DNA of 64,000 nucleotides from positions 420,056 to 484,055 of the forward strand of contig CAZVQU010000001.1 of assembly GCA_964629655.1 (NCBI GenBank), in the 5' to 3' direction. Position 1 is the stretch's first letter, and every line of letters starts with the position of its first letter. The notes under the pieces were generated by a model that did not search any database, was not told the DNA's origin, and was given only the letters and a program-made list of their open reading frames with translations. The position numbers and the translations under genes were made by a program. Shown here piece by piece: positions 37,917 to 49,106 of the stretch. Origin of the DNA: an uncultured Planctomycetia bacterium (GTDB lineage: Bacteria; Omnitrophota; Gorgyraeia; Duberdicusellales; 4484-171).

Positions 37917-39849
37917 CTTTGATCCTTTCTGAAAATTCATCAAAATCGATCTTAAGTTTACTTAATACTTCACGGGCGTCTTCTGTGTTATTAGTCTTTA
38001 TATATATTTTAGCCAACAGTTTTTTGACGGCAGAGAAATCTCGATTAAAAAGCAGACTACTCCGGCAATGCGAGAATGCTCTTTCATAATCTTTGTTTTT
38101 GTAATAAATCTTTCCTAAAAGATAATGGCTTTCATAGTGGTTGGGTAAAACTTCTAATACTTCCTCTAAATACATCTCACTATTATTATAAAATTTTAGC
38201 ATATATAAAACATAAGCCATATTGTAAAGTCCATCCATATTCGGAGATTTAAGCTTTAGGTTGTTAACCAAGTCCACCTTTTTCGGACTTTTTAGCCTAA
38301 AATTGACTAAATAAGGCTTTAGGCTCTTTTCAATTAATTCTTCTTTTACAAAAATAATACCGTCTTTACCGAAATATACGCACTTAAACCCCTCCTGGTA
38401 GATAAACTTTATCAAAGGAGGCGGGGTAGTTCTTATATAGCTGATGATAAAACCCTGTAATTTATATTTATCGAGGGCCTCTTTAAAAGCTTCTTTATTT
38501 CCTTCAAGGATTTTTCTGTAGAAAGTAAAAAATTCCGAACCGTAGACCTCACCCCGGCCATCAATAAAAACTTTTCTCTGGGGGTAGAAATTAAATATCA
38601 AATAAGATCCCGAATTAAAATCATTAAACATCCTCTCCGGCAAATTAACCTTATTCATGAACTCACCCATACCTTCTTGGTATACCCCTCTGCCCTGACC
38701 CAAGGCAATGCTTTCGATAGAAACTACATTATCCTTGCCTAAATAACTTCTTCCTAAACCATAAAGACGAGTAATTGCCTTAACTACACCTATGTTGATC
38801 CAGATAATAATAAAAAGTAGTATTAGCCTTACTAACAAAAAGCTTTTTTCTCTAATTATTTTACGAGTTAAAAAATCCTTAATATACTCGTATCTATCTA
38901 CAAACACAACAATTCCCACCGGAACTAAAAAGTATAAATTTCTTATAGAATTTATAGAAAATAACACAACAAATAACCAAAGCCCTATGTAGAAAGGCCT
39001 TAGCTTCTTGGGAAAAGCGAAACACAACCCGGTGAATATTAAGTATTTAAAAAATATAATTCTCTCCGAAAAAACCTTAAACGGACTAGTTAATTCCTGA
39101 ATGTAGCTGTAAAACACCTTCTGCTCACCTGAAAGAATATCTCCAATAACCTTAAAAGGGTAAATCAGAGTTTTGATCGGCTGGGGATTAATCAGACAGG
39201 CAAAAAGTGAAAATAAGAAGACAACTTTCACTGTATTATAAAAGCTTTTTTCAGTTTCTTGCATGTTAATTCTTTCCAATAATAGATAAATTAGCAAAAT
39301 CACCGGACCCAAAAAGAAGAATCCGTGGATATTTACCCAGAAAAGCTGGATGAAAGGAAGAAAAAAAAGAAATTTTTTCTTTTTAAAAATAAAAGGGATT
39401 AAAAATAAAATTAGAAAAAGAAAACTAAAATTATCTGGCCTTAAAGTGAATCTTGAAAAAGATATCTGAAGCCCGTAAAAAACAAGAAAGAAACTCACTA
39501 CCCAGTCAACCTTAAAAGCTATAAATACCAATAGTAAAAAGGCTAGACCAAAAACTGCGCCTTTTAAAAAGAAAAGCCCGTTGATTCCAAAATTATTATA
39601 GAAGAAATAAATAAAGACTTGATAAAACCACTCGTGGTTCACCCACTTTTGCCCCTCCTTAGTAAAGGAAAAAACATCCTCTTTGAGAACTTCTCCTTGG
39701 GTAACTATATGTTCTCCGCTTTTTACGTGAAAAAGATAATCCAAACCAGTGAGATTATAAGAACTATTTAAAAAAAGTAAAGCAAACAGTATAAACACGG
39801 CCGGTAATTTTAAGAATCCTATTATTTTGGTCACAATTCTTGATGCCAT
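37909..39849 (-). CDS. Polytopic membrane protein (GT-C glycosyltransferase-like) with C-terminal TPRs
   Basis: About 11 hydrophobic segments; WVNHEW, WVNIHG, VFIDGR; C-terminal TPR. Confidence 0.6.
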   Translation of the reverse strand: MASRIVTKIIGFLKLPAVFILFALLFLNSSYNLTGLDYLFHVKSGEHIVTQGEVLKEDVFSFTKEGQKWVNHEWFYQVFIYFFYNNFGINGLFFLKGAVFGLAFLLLVFIAFKVDWVVSFFLVFYGLQISFSRFTLRPDNFSFLFLILFLIPFIFKKKKFLFFLPFIQLFWVNIHGFFFLGPVILLIYLLLERINMQETEKSFYNTVKVVFLFSLFACLINPQPIKTLIYPFKVIGDILSGEQKVFYSYIQELTSPFKVFSERIIFFKYLIFTGLCFAFPKKLRPFYIGLWLFVVLFSINSIRNLYFLVPVGIVVFVDRYEYIKDFLTRKIIREKSFLLVRLILLFIIIWINIGVVKAITRLYGLGRSYLGKDNVVSIESIALGQGRGVYQEGMGEFMNKVNLPERMFNDFNSGSYLIFNFYPQRKVFIDGRGEVYGSEFFTFYRKILEGNKEAFKEALDKYKLQGFIISYIRTTPPPLIKFIYQEGFKCVYFGKDGIIFVKEELIEKSLKPYLVNFRLKSPKKVDLVNNLKLKSPNMDGLYNMAYVLYMLKFYNNSEMYLEEVLEVLPNHYESHYLLGKIYYKNKDYERAFSHCRSSLLFNRDFSAVKKLLAKIYIKTNNTEDAREVLSKLKIDFDEFSERIKDE

Positions 39850-39874
39850 AGTAAATCAGCTCACTTTTATATAG

Positions 39875-40405
39875 TTATACAGATTCTTCCCCTTTATCTA
39901 AAGCCTTTAGGTTTTGGTTTACGGTATTTTTGTTCTTAAATGTTTCTTTCAAAGCATTAATTAAGGTTTGCTTTTTAAAGATGCCCGGGCTTAAAGAAAG
40001 AAGCGCCCCTAAAGCAACTACATTTGCTACCTTTATATTACCGCAATCAAGGGCTATTTTGTTCAAAGGTAAACTAGCTCCTTTAATATTATCGAATGAA
40101 AACTTACCGCTTATAAGATCGGAGTTAAGAATGATAATGCTCCCCTTTTTGAGCTTACTTTTAAACTTATCCAAAGATGGTTGATTAAAAATCAGGGCTA
40201 CGTCCGGACGGTTTTCGAAAGGGGAAGCTATCGGTGAATCAGAGATCTTTACACAACAATGCGCAGTGCCTCCACGCATCTCAGCACCATAAGAAGGAAA
40301 AAAAGTTGTATGCCTACCCTCTTTAAGGGCAGCTTTGGCTAAAAACTTACCTAAGCTCATTATGCCTTGACCGCCAAAACCGGAAATTAAAATCTCTACT
40401 TCCAT
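39875..40405 (-). CDS. 2-oxoacid:ferredoxin oxidoreductase gamma subunit
   Basis: SGFGGQG, PSYGAEMRGG. Confidence 0.93.
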   Translation of the reverse strand: MEVEILISGFGGQGIMSLGKFLAKAALKEGRHTTFFPSYGAEMRGGTAHCCVKISDSPIASPFENRPDVALIFNQPSLDKFKSKLKKGSIIILNSDLISGKFSFDNIKGASLPLNKIALDCGNIKVANVVALGALLSLSPGIFKKQTLINALKETFKNKNTVNQNLKALDKGEESV

Positions 40406-41139
40406 TATTCTTTAATAACCCCTAAAGGAAATTCTTTTACCATCTCCTCATCAATCCATTTTACTGCTTCAATCGGAGTCATCTTCCAAATAGTAGGACA
40501 AGGACTTAAAACCTCTACTAGGGAAAAGCCCTTCTTTTCTATTTGGTTAATAAATGCTCTCTTGATATATTGATAAGTCTGCTTAACTCCTTGAGGTTTA
40601 CTTATTGAGCTACGAACAAGATAATTTACACCTTTTAAAGGCGCTAACAACTCACTTACCCTCAAAGGCCAACCTTCACCAAAAGCCGGATTCCTACCCC
40701 AAGGGGTAGTAGTTGTCTTCTGACCGAGGATAGTAGTTGGAGCCATTTGTCCTCCGGTCATCCCATAGCAGGCATTATTTACAAAAATACAGGTTAAGTT
40801 CTCTCCTCTATTTGCTGCATGCAAAGTCTCAGCAATACCAATAGAAGCTAGATCTCCATCACCTTGATAGGTAAATACTGTCAAGTTAGGATGAGACCTC
40901 TTTATCCCGGTAGCAACAGCTAAGGCCCGACCATGAGCAGCTTCGGAAACATCAAAATCCCAGTAATTATACGCTAGGACTGCACAGCCAACCGGAGCGA
41001 TACCTACGACCTTCTCTTTTAAACCCAACTCATCTATTGCTTGAGCCACTAAACGATGCAGGGTTCCATGGCCACAACCAGAGCAATAGTGAGTATTTAC
41101 ATCGCGTAAAGATTCTGGTGGTGAGAATTCATTGTTCAT
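40405..41139 (-). CDS. 2-oxoacid:ferredoxin oxidoreductase beta (TPP-binding) subunit
   Basis: YCSGCGH, YQGDGD, NNACYGMTGGQ. Confidence 0.93.
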   Translation of the reverse strand: MNNEFSPPESLRDVNTHYCSGCGHGTLHRLVAQAIDELGLKEKVVGIAPVGCAVLAYNYWDFDVSEAAHGRALAVATGIKRSHPNLTVFTYQGDGDLASIGIAETLHAANRGENLTCIFVNNACYGMTGGQMAPTTILGQKTTTTPWGRNPAFGEGWPLRVSELLAPLKGVNYLVRSSISKPQGVKQTYQYIKRAFINQIEKKGFSLVEVLSPCPTIWKMTPIEAVKWIDEEMVKEFPLGVIKE

Positions 41140-42191
41140 AGGTTTTTCTTTATAGCTCTTGCAATCTCTTTTGCCTGGGGTATTCCTCCTCCGGCTTTAC
41201 CTAAAAAAGAAATTTCTTTATTAGGCAGGACCAACCTCACATCCTCAACCATCTGACCTAAAGACTGCTCTACAACCAATATCTTTTTTGCTCCCTTAGC
41301 TATTTCTCTCAAACCCTTCCCGGGATAAGGCCAAAGGCTTATCGGCCGAAATAATCCGGCCTTTATCTTTTGCTTCCTTAAAATATCTACTGCTTCAAAA
41401 GCAATCCTTGCTTGAGAACCATAAGAGATAATTAAATACTTAGCATCTTTGATCTTGTAGGTAGAGAATTTTTGTTCACTCTTTTTTATTTTCTCCCACT
41501 TTTCTCTCAACTTATCATTGTGCTTCTGGAGCACTTTGTCTCCTAGGAGCAGAGACATTACGGCATTAGCCGATCTTTTTTTAGCCCCGGTTAAAGCCCA
41601 GGGTTTTTTCGGTAACTTCTTCTTAAACACTCTCTCAAAAGATAACTCAACTGGTTCCATCATCTGCCCGATTATCGCATCAGCTAAGACTAAAACCGGA
41701 TTCCTATAGTAATCAGCTAAATCAAAAGCAAGGATAACTAGTTTTACTGCTTCCTCTACGCTCCAAGGCGCTAGGACCGGTGTAAAATAATCTCCATGCC
41801 CGCCGCCCCGGGTAGCCTGAAAATAATCACTCTGGCTGGAATCAATATTGCCCAGGCCAGGGCCTCCACGCATTACATTGATTATAACTGCCGGAAGTTG
41901 GCATCCAGCTAAATAAGAAATACCTTCCTGCTTCAAAGATATCCCTGGGCTCGAAGAAGATGTCATTGCCCTAACCCCTGAAACTGAGGCACCAAAAACC
42001 ATATTAATAGCCGCTATCTCGCTCTCAGCCTGGACAAAAGCCCTTTTCTCTTGCCTCATCCTCTTAGCCATATAAGCTGTTAGCTCATTTTGGGGAGTTA
42101 TTGGGTATCCAGCATAAAACTTACAGCCTGCTCTAACAGCAGCTTCTCCCATTGCCTCATTCCCACTCATTAATTTTATATTTCTTCTCAT
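41136..42191 (-). CDS. 2-oxoacid:ferredoxin oxidoreductase alpha subunit (VorB-like)
   Basis: GYPITPQ, QAESE, SSSPGISLKQE, RGGPGLG. Confidence 0.93.
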   Translation of the reverse strand: MRRNIKLMSGNEAMGEAAVRAGCKFYAGYPITPQNELTAYMAKRMRQEKRAFVQAESEIAAINMVFGASVSGVRAMTSSSSPGISLKQEGISYLAGCQLPAVIINVMRGGPGLGNIDSSQSDYFQATRGGGHGDYFTPVLAPWSVEEAVKLVILAFDLADYYRNPVLVLADAIIGQMMEPVELSFERVFKKKLPKKPWALTGAKKRSANAVMSLLLGDKVLQKHNDKLREKWEKIKKSEQKFSTYKIKDAKYLIISYGSQARIAFEAVDILRKQKIKAGLFRPISLWPYPGKGLREIAKGAKKILVVEQSLGQMVEDVRLVLPNKEISFLGKAGGGIPQAKEIARAIKKNL

Positions 42192-42391
42192 TCTTCTATT
42201 TCAACACAGTTATCCGGACAAATTAAAAAACAAAACCCACATCGGCTGCATTTAGCGCCTTTTTTAAAATTAGCAAACTTAACCCCTCTCTTGTTCAAGG
42301 TTGAAGAAAGATTTAAACTCTTTAGGGGACAGCAAAAAATACAAAGTTCGCACCCTTTACACTTATCTTTGACTATCTTTACTTTAGACAT
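42188..42391 (-). CDS. 2x[4Fe-4S] ferredoxin (delta subunit)
   Basis: CKGCELCIFCCP and CSRCGFCFLICP. Confidence 0.92.
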   Translation of the reverse strand: MSKVKIVKDKCKGCELCIFCCPLKSLNLSSTLNKRGVKFANFKKGAKCSRCGFCFLICPDNCVEIEE

Positions 42392-44252
42392 GAGCATTGT
42401 CTTGTAATAACTTCTTTACCCTCTCAGCTAGGAAAGAAGCACCTAATCCATAGATATCAAAAAGTTTTTCCCTTTTCCCTGCTGGAATAAACTCATCAGG
42501 AAAACCAACCCTTACCACCCTCACCTTATCAAGAAGATTTTCATTCTCACAAAACTCTAAAACTGCCGATCCAAATCCGCAATCTAAGACCCCTTCTTCA
42601 ACGGTGACAATTAAATCAAATTTATTAACCAATTTCTTCAATAGATTTTCATCCAACGGCTTTATAAAGCGAGCGTTTACTAAAGATGCACTGAGGCCCT
42701 CTTCTTTTAATAAAGAAACACACTCACCGGCTGGTTTCACCATTGAACCTAAAGCAATTATACAAACGTCTTCGCCCTCACTTATAACTTGTGACTTACC
42801 TAACTTAATCGGCTCTCTATTACCCAAGGAGTAAGCATAGCCTTTAGGGTAACGGATGCTTACTGGTGAAGAAAGCCCTAATGAAAACTCTAACATATCT
42901 TCCAGCTCCTCCTTATCCTTGGGAGCCATACACACCATATTAGGTACTAACCTTAAATACCCTATATCAAATACACCGTGATGGGTCGGTCCGTCCTCTC
43001 CGACTACCCCCCCTCTATCTACTGCAAATACTACATTCAAATCTTGCAAGGCAACATCATGAAGTATCTGATCAAAGGCTCGCTGCAAGAATGTAGAATA
43101 GACAGCTACAACTGGTTTTAGTCCCTGCTTAGCCAGACCACTAGCAAAACCAACTGCATGGGGTTCGGCAATGCCTAAATCAAACAGCCTCTCGGGAAAC
43201 TCTTCCTGAAATAGATAAAGACCAGTTCCTTTAGGCATGGCTGCGGTTATAGCCATAATTCTCTTATCATCTTTAGCTAGATTCTTGAGCTTCTTAGCAA
43301 AAACTTCACTAAAATCATCACCGGCTCTAGGTTTAGGCTTACCATTAGCAACATTAAAAGAAGAAACTCCATGAAAATTCTCAGGATTCTCTTCAGAAAA
43401 CTTATATCCTTTACCCTTCTTAGTAACTATATGCAGAATCTTAGGTCCTTTCAGGGAAACAACATTATTCAAAGTCGGAATCAATACATCTAAATTATGT
43501 CCATCAATAGGACCAAAATAACGAAACCCTAACTCTTCAAAGAACAACCCTGGAACAACTAAGCCTTTAACCGTTTCTTCAAACTTCCTGGCTCTTTTAA
43601 CCAATCTCTTCATTAAAGAGAAGTGAGTTAAGAATTTCTCTAACTCATCTTTGATCCGATTATAAACAGGGGCTGATATAATTTTAGTAAGATGATTGCT
43701 CAAGGCACCGACTGAAGGAGAGATGCTCATCTCATTATGGTTAACAATTACCAGGATATCACTTTGTGAGTGGCCAGATGAATTTAAGGCTTCAAAACAC
43801 ATCCCTCCAGTTAAAGACCCGTCACCAACAACGGCAATAGTCTTAGAGCTATCTTCTTTTAACCGTTTTGCCTCTGCGATTCCCTGAGCCCAAGAGATAG
43901 CCGTAGAAGCATGTCCGGATATATAAACGTCATATACAGATTCCTTGTGGTTAGGAAAACCACTAATCCCTTCATACTCCCTTAAATTAAGAAAAGTATT
44001 TTTTCTGCCGGTAACAATTTTGTGAGCGTAGGTTTGATGGCCAACATCAAATACAAGAGAGTCCTTAGGCAAATCCAGACAAACCCCCAGAGCGACACAA
44101 AGCTCTACCGCCCCTAAGGATGACGCCAGATGGCCCCCTCTCCTCGACACCACCTTAACAATCAAATCTCTTATTTCTTGATTAAGGGTTTTTAGCTCTT
44201 CTGGGGTTAGTTTCTTTAAATCTTCTGGAGAGTTAACTCTTTCTAAAATCAT
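42384..44252 (-). CDS. dxs: 1-deoxy-D-xylulose-5-phosphate synthase
   Basis: GGHLASSLG, DVGHQTYAHK, GDGSLTGG, YSTFLQR, DGPTHHG. Confidence 0.97.
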   Translation of the reverse strand: MILERVNSPEDLKKLTPEELKTLNQEIRDLIVKVVSRRGGHLASSLGAVELCVALGVCLDLPKDSLVFDVGHQTYAHKIVTGRKNTFLNLREYEGISGFPNHKESVYDVYISGHASTAISWAQGIAEAKRLKEDSSKTIAVVGDGSLTGGMCFEALNSSGHSQSDILVIVNHNEMSISPSVGALSNHLTKIISAPVYNRIKDELEKFLTHFSLMKRLVKRARKFEETVKGLVVPGLFFEELGFRYFGPIDGHNLDVLIPTLNNVVSLKGPKILHIVTKKGKGYKFSEENPENFHGVSSFNVANGKPKPRAGDDFSEVFAKKLKNLAKDDKRIMAITAAMPKGTGLYLFQEEFPERLFDLGIAEPHAVGFASGLAKQGLKPVVAVYSTFLQRAFDQILHDVALQDLNVVFAVDRGGVVGEDGPTHHGVFDIGYLRLVPNMVCMAPKDKEELEDMLEFSLGLSSPVSIRYPKGYAYSLGNREPIKLGKSQVISEGEDVCIIALGSMVKPAGECVSLLKEEGLSASLVNARFIKPLDENLLKKLVNKFDLIVTVEEGVLDCGFGSAVLEFCENENLLDKVRVVRVGFPDEFIPAGKREKLFDIYGLGASFLAERVKKLLQDNAHV

Positions 44253-44608
44253 TTTTGATCAGGGATAACAGTATTTACAAAACTCTCTACTATTTTTTTA
44301 TCTCTTTCGGCAATTTCATAAAACTCTATACCAGTATCCCAAATATTAGCTTCGCTATTCTCGGAATCAGATTTTTCTACTACCCAGACTATTCTGCCCT
44401 TGCAAATTATCTGGGCACCACCTAAAAAAACCTCTAATCCCACAAAAGAGGAAATATCCAAGCTTTCCTCAATTATGACCCTTACTCCTCCAGCTCCAAT
44501 ATTTTCGGTATTTGAAATAAGAGTATGTTCTGAAGGAGCGTGAACGATTATTTTACAGGGAAAATTAGCTCTTACGAAATTTCTTTTCTCTACACCATCC
44601 CAAGCCAT
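44249..44608 (-). CDS. PilZ-domain protein
   Basis: RNFVR (RxxxR) and NIGAGG motifs; GIEF. Confidence 0.85.
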   Translation of the reverse strand: MAWDGVEKRNFVRANFPCKIIVHAPSEHTLISNTENIGAGGVRVIIEESLDISSFVGLEVFLGGAQIICKGRIVWVVEKSDSENSEANIWDTGIEFYEIAERDKKIVESFVNTVIPDQK

Positions 44609-44620
44609 ATTAAACCTCGC

Positions 44621-45412
44621 TTATTTGCTTAAATCCTCTTTTTTATATTCAACCCTCTCTATAGATAAAGCTCTTCCGCTCTCCTCATCCACCTCGATTA
44701 ACACTGCCTGCATCCGAACATCACCCTGAGCCAAATTGAACCGTACAGGCATATTAGTAATAAATCTATCGATGATCTGATGTTTTTCTCTACCCAAAAC
44801 AGAATCACAGCTTCCAGTCATTCCCACATCAGTAATATAAGCAGTAAAATTATCTATTATTCTTTCATCAGCTGTCGGTATATGCGTATGTGTCCCTATA
44901 ACCGCACTTACTTTCCCGGAAAGAAAATGTCCAAGAGCTACCTTCTCGCTAGTTGCTTCTGCGTGCATATCAACAAAAACTATCTTAGCTTCTTTCTTTA
45001 CATCTTCCAGGATACTTTTTATTGCTTTGAAAGGGCAATCAACCGGTTGCATGAATACCCGACCCATAAGATTAATAACCCCTATTTTTACGCCTGAGGC
45101 TTGCTTTATTATATACCCTCTACCAGCAGAAGACTCTCCATAATTTAAAGGCCTTATTAAATCCCGAGTGTCCAGAACCTCTCTGGACTCTTTCTTTTTA
45201 AAAATATGGTCCCCACTGGTGACTACATCTATTCCAGCACTAAAAATATCTTCAGCTGTATCAGAAGTTATGCTTGAACCTCCGGCAGCATTCTCACCAT
45301 TAGCTATAATAAAATCTAGCCTTAAATCCTTTCTAACCGAAGGAAGGATCTCTTTGAGGTAATTTCTGGCAGGTTTACCAACAATGTCACCGATAAATAA
45401 TATCCTAATCAT
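44621..45412 (-). CDS. ymdB: YmdB-family metallophosphoesterase
   Basis: GDIVG, NGEN, DMHAEATSEK, GTHTH, DVGMTG; follows rny. Confidence 0.93.
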   Translation of the reverse strand: MIRILFIGDIVGKPARNYLKEILPSVRKDLRLDFIIANGENAAGGSSITSDTAEDIFSAGIDVVTSGDHIFKKKESREVLDTRDLIRPLNYGESSAGRGYIIKQASGVKIGVINLMGRVFMQPVDCPFKAIKSILEDVKKEAKIVFVDMHAEATSEKVALGHFLSGKVSAVIGTHTHIPTADERIIDNFTAYITDVGMTGSCDSVLGREKHQIIDRFITNMPVRFNLAQGDVRMQAVLIEVDEESGRALSIERVEYKKEDLSK

Positions 45413-45477
45413 AATTTATCTATTTTATACCCTATTTATTGGTTCTACAAATAAAATAAAGGTCCTCTAAAAACCCC

Positions 45478-47034
45478 TTATTTAGCGTAATCTACAGCCC
45501 TAGTTTCTCTAATCACAGTAATCTTTATGTTGCCAGGGTAATCTAGCTCCTGCTCTAATTTCTTCTTTATCTCATGAGCAAGAAGGCTAATTTCATCATC
45601 TTTTACCTTCCCGGGCTGAACGATAACTCTTACTTCTCTTCCGGCCTGGATAGCAAAACTCTTATCTACCCCATCAAAAGAATTAGCAGTTGTCTCAAGC
45701 TGTCTCAACCGCTTTACGTAAGTCTCTAGGGTTTCACGCCTAGCTCCCGGACGGGATGCTGAAATAGCATCAGCTACTAGCGCTAGCAAGGAAAGTAAGG
45801 ACTTAAATTCTGCCTCTTCGTGATGAGCTTCGGCAGCATTTATAACTATCTCGTTTTCCCCATACCGCTTTAATAAATCAGCTCCTATTTGAGCATGAGT
45901 CCCTTCTACCTGATGATCAATAGCTTTACCAATATCATGAAGCAACCCGGCTCTCTTAGCTATGCGGGCATCTAAATCTAGTTCTGCTGCCAAAGTACTC
46001 ATAATAATAGAGACTTCTTTTGAATGTTGAAGGGCATTTTGGCCAAAACTAGTACGGTACTTCAATTTACCTAATAACTTTATCAGCTCTGGATGCAGAT
46101 TATGTATTCCAACATCAAATGCTGCGGCCTTTCCTTCTTCTAGAAGCTTTTTATCAAACTCCTGCTTAGTCTTCTCTACTATCTCTTCTATCCTTGCCGG
46201 ATGAATTCTACCATCCTGAACTAATTTTTCTAATGACAGGCGAGCGACTTCTCTGCGAATAGGATCAAAGCCAGACACGCTTACTGCCTCCGGTGTATCG
46301 TCAATAATAAGATCAACGCCAGTCATCATCTCAAACATTCTTATATTACGGCCTTCCCTGCCAATAATTCTTCCCTTTATCTCATCATTAGGCAGAGAAA
46401 CTACGCTTACCGTAGTCTCGGTAGTGTGCTCGACCGCGCATCTTTGAATAGACTGAGAAATTATCTCTTTTGCTTTGGCTTCGGCCTCTTCTTTAACAGC
46501 CTCCTCCATATCCCTAACCATCTTAGCTTTATCCCCTCTTAACTCTTCTTCATACCGTTTGAGTAATAGCTCTCTTGCCTCCTGAGGGGTTAAAGAAGAA
46601 ATTCTTTTTAACTTCTCTTTTTCCTCTTCAATCAAGTTGCCCAAAGCTTTATTCTTATTCTCTACCTCTAAGGATATTTTTTTAACATCATCCTCGCTCC
46701 GACGCAACTCTCTCTCTTTGCTCTCAATAAAATCTAGCCTTTTTTCTAAATTCTCGTCTCTCTGCAGGAGGCGCTTCTCTAGCTGATTTAGATCTTCTTT
46801 TTTAGAAGAATTTTGCCTCTCAAAATCAACTCTTAACTTATAGAGCAACTCCTTTCCATCCAACTCTGCTTTTCTTCTAATCTCCTCAGTCTTAAATTTA
46901 GCTTCCTTTAGTATCTTTTCTGCATCTTCTTTAGATTTTTTCAATTTACTTTTTTCAACAACTTTACCTAACCACCAACCTAAAAGTAGCCCAACGACAA
47001 CGCCAGACAGTATGTAAATAATAGTAGTAATCAT
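45478..47034 (-). CDS. rny: Ribonuclease Y
   Basis: N-terminal TM, coiled coil, KH ([12 protein letters not shown]), HD (LLHDIGK). Confidence 0.97.
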   Translation of the reverse strand: MITTIIYILSGVVVGLLLGWWLGKVVEKSKLKKSKEDAEKILKEAKFKTEEIRRKAELDGKELLYKLRVDFERQNSSKKEDLNQLEKRLLQRDENLEKRLDFIESKERELRRSEDDVKKISLEVENKNKALGNLIEEEKEKLKRISSLTPQEARELLLKRYEEELRGDKAKMVRDMEEAVKEEAEAKAKEIISQSIQRCAVEHTTETTVSVVSLPNDEIKGRIIGREGRNIRMFEMMTGVDLIIDDTPEAVSVSGFDPIRREVARLSLEKLVQDGRIHPARIEEIVEKTKQEFDKKLLEEGKAAAFDVGIHNLHPELIKLLGKLKYRTSFGQNALQHSKEVSIIMSTLAAELDLDARIAKRAGLLHDIGKAIDHQVEGTHAQIGADLLKRYGENEIVINAAEAHHEEAEFKSLLSLLALVADAISASRPGARRETLETYVKRLRQLETTANSFDGVDKSFAIQAGREVRVIVQPGKVKDDEISLLAHEIKKKLEQELDYPGNIKITVIRETRAVDYAK

Positions 47035-47093
47035 ACGCCCTCCTTATAGACGGATATTAACGCTACTGGTACTTTGCAGCGATAATTTATCTC

Positions 47094-47675
47094 TTAAACA
47101 ATAACTTTTTCGCTAACGATTGTATCGACTTTCTGATCCCAGGAAAGATTTGTAGGAAGGTTTTCTAGAATTTGGAATTCAAAGGCAATGCCTACCTTTT
47201 TAGTAGGCGTAGTTATGTTTTGCAAGAAGCGGTCGTAGAAACCAGCACCTCTGCCCAGCCTGTTCTTTTCTTTGTCAAAAGCCAAACCAGGAACAACTAC
47301 CATATCTATCTCTTTAATGTCCACTTCTTTTGTTCTTTCCGTATCTGGTTGCATAACTCCCCTAGATCCGGGAATAAAATCCTGATCTAAATTTGTAATC
47401 TCAAAGATACGTAAATTTTTTGCCTCTAAATCCATTACTGGAAAACAGAATCGTTTGTTTCCTAAATCTCTCCTAACCTTACTCAAAATGTCTACTTCCC
47501 CGCGTAAGGGATAGTAGACCATAATCACTTTTGCTTTTTTATATAAAGGTAGCTCTGATAATTTATCCTCAACATTTTTGCTCCTCCTTTTAATCTCATT
47601 CTTAGTCAAAGACAAAAGACGTTCTAACAATTTCTGTCTTACTTCTTGTTTCTCTCTCTCTAACACCATTTCCAT
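47094..47675 (-). CDS. 5-formyltetrahydrofolate cyclo-ligase
   Basis: VPGLAFD..NRLGRGAGFYD. Confidence 0.94.
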   Translation of the reverse strand: MEMVLEREKQEVRQKLLERLLSLTKNEIKRRSKNVEDKLSELPLYKKAKVIMVYYPLRGEVDILSKVRRDLGNKRFCFPVMDLEAKNLRIFEITNLDQDFIPGSRGVMQPDTERTKEVDIKEIDMVVVPGLAFDKEKNRLGRGAGFYDRFLQNITTPTKKVGIAFEFQILENLPTNLSWDQKVDTIVSEKVIV

Positions 47676-47819
47676 AATCTTTATTATGCTTTTTTTTAGA
47701 ACAAACCGACCTAAAATACTCTTTAACTTGTGGTAGGATTATACCACCTAAATCTTTAAAAATCTATGGAAATTTTGTGGTCTAAAACCCTTGTTTTTCC
47801 TTGTTTCTTAGCTTAAAAC

Positions 47820-48629
47820 CTACTTTTGACAAAGAAACCCTACTGCTTGCTGAGAATACTTAACCTTCTTAAATCCTGCTTTCTTTAGCCTTTTTTCTAC
47901 TTGAGCCGGAAAATCAAAGCCCTGCTTCACCTTATACAAAGGAGTATAGTGAAACATTCTCCGACCCGGCTTTAACACCCTGATCAGTTGCTGATAAAAA
48001 TCTTGGGAAAACAGCTCACCGGCTAATTTAAAAGTAGGCGGATCGTGAATAATGCAATCAAAACAATCATTTTTAAACTCACCTATTCCCAAAGCTACAT
48101 CAGCCATGCGAATCTCAATATTTTCAGCGCTAAATAGCTCTTGGGATAAAGGGTTTATTTGGGCTAAATCACGAATATTCTCATCTTTCTCGAAAGTAAT
48201 TACTTTTTTTCCTTTTTTGGCTGCTAGAATAGCTGTATAGCCCGGCCCCATACAAGTATCTAAAACATCTCCATAGGGCTTTAGGAGATTTATCTTGTTT
48301 TTAGTATCTTTTTCAGGGGAACTTAGCCGATGCATCGGAACAGAGCTAATAGAAATCGTAGGCCAGTCAGAAGTAGGCACTAATTTATAGAATTTATTGG
48401 TATCTTCGGAGAAAAAAGCAATCTTCCTAACTCCTTGACTATCTAGTAGATAGCAAAAGTTATCCTTAAAACTCTCGTTTAAATCTAAGATTATTCGATC
48501 ACTAAAAATAGCCTTATCTTCTTCTCGTATAGCTTCAACTTCTTTTTGGCCAAAATTTACTATTAGAAGAAAAGGCTCATTTTTCCTTCTCTTTTTTATG
48601 TAATCAACCTCTTTTTTGGTAATAATCAT
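47820..48629 (-). CDS. SAM-dependent methyltransferase (COG2521-like, archaeal-type)
   Basis: PTISISSVPMHR, VLDTCMGPGYT, IIHDPP. Confidence 0.75.
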   Translation of the reverse strand: MIITKKEVDYIKKRRKNEPFLLIVNFGQKEVEAIREEDKAIFSDRIILDLNESFKDNFCYLLDSQGVRKIAFFSEDTNKFYKLVPTSDWPTISISSVPMHRLSSPEKDTKNKINLLKPYGDVLDTCMGPGYTAILAAKKGKKVITFEKDENIRDLAQINPLSQELFSAENIEIRMADVALGIGEFKNDCFDCIIHDPPTFKLAGELFSQDFYQQLIRVLKPGRRMFHYTPLYKVKQGFDFPAQVEKRLKKAGFKKVKYSQQAVGFLCQK

Positions 48630-48687
48630 CAAGATAATTATAGAGAAAACATAGCTTTTTACAATAAAAAAAATAAATTTAAATTCC

Positions 48688-48715
48688 TTGACAACTAATC
48701 CTTCAGCTATAAAAT
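48688..48715 (+). promoter_or_regulatory. Promoter of the HU gene
   Basis: TTGACA-16 bp-TAAAAT with an AT-rich upstream tract. Confidence 0.6.
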
Positions 48716-48765
48716 ATAAAAGTAGTTGAAAATATTAACTTTTTAAACAAAAGGAGGGTACTCGG

Positions 48766-49032
48766 ATGAACAAAACTGGATTAATAGAAGCAGTAGCTGT
48801 GAAGACAGCCACTAAGAAAGAGGCTCAGGATATAGTAGATACTATCTGGGATACAATCAAAGGTAGTCTCAAAAAGCAAGAAGATGTTGCTATTTCTGGT
48901 TTCGGTACTTTCAAGGTAAAACAGACAAAAGCAAGAATGGGAAGAAATCCCAAGACAGGCGAAACAATTCAAATTCCAGCTAAGAAGAAAGTAGCCTTTA
49001 GAGTATCAAAAGAACTAAAATCCCTTCTATAA
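48766..49032 (+). CDS. hup: DNA-binding protein HU
   Basis: MNKTGLI, GFGTF, GRNPKTGE. Confidence 0.96.
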   Translation: MNKTGLIEAVAVKTATKKEAQDIVDTIWDTIKGSLKKQEDVAISGFGTFKVKQTKARMGRNPKTGETIQIPAKKKVAFRVSKELKSLL

Positions 49033-49045
49033 TTAAGGGTTTTAT

Positions 49046-49084
49046 AAAAAAGAGGGTATACTCGTTAAAGTATACCCTCTTTTT
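49046..49084. terminator. Bidirectional intrinsic terminator
   Basis: AAAAAAGAGGGTATAC...GTATACCCTCTTTTT between convergent genes. Confidence 0.85.
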
Positions 49085-49106
49085 ATGTCTTCTTTATTCC
49101 TTCTAT

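Noticed and set aside
47676-47819. Expected 6S RNA upstream of the 5-formyl-THF cyclo-ligase gene
   Set aside because: The region is AT-rich and short, with no long rod-like stem or central bubble visible
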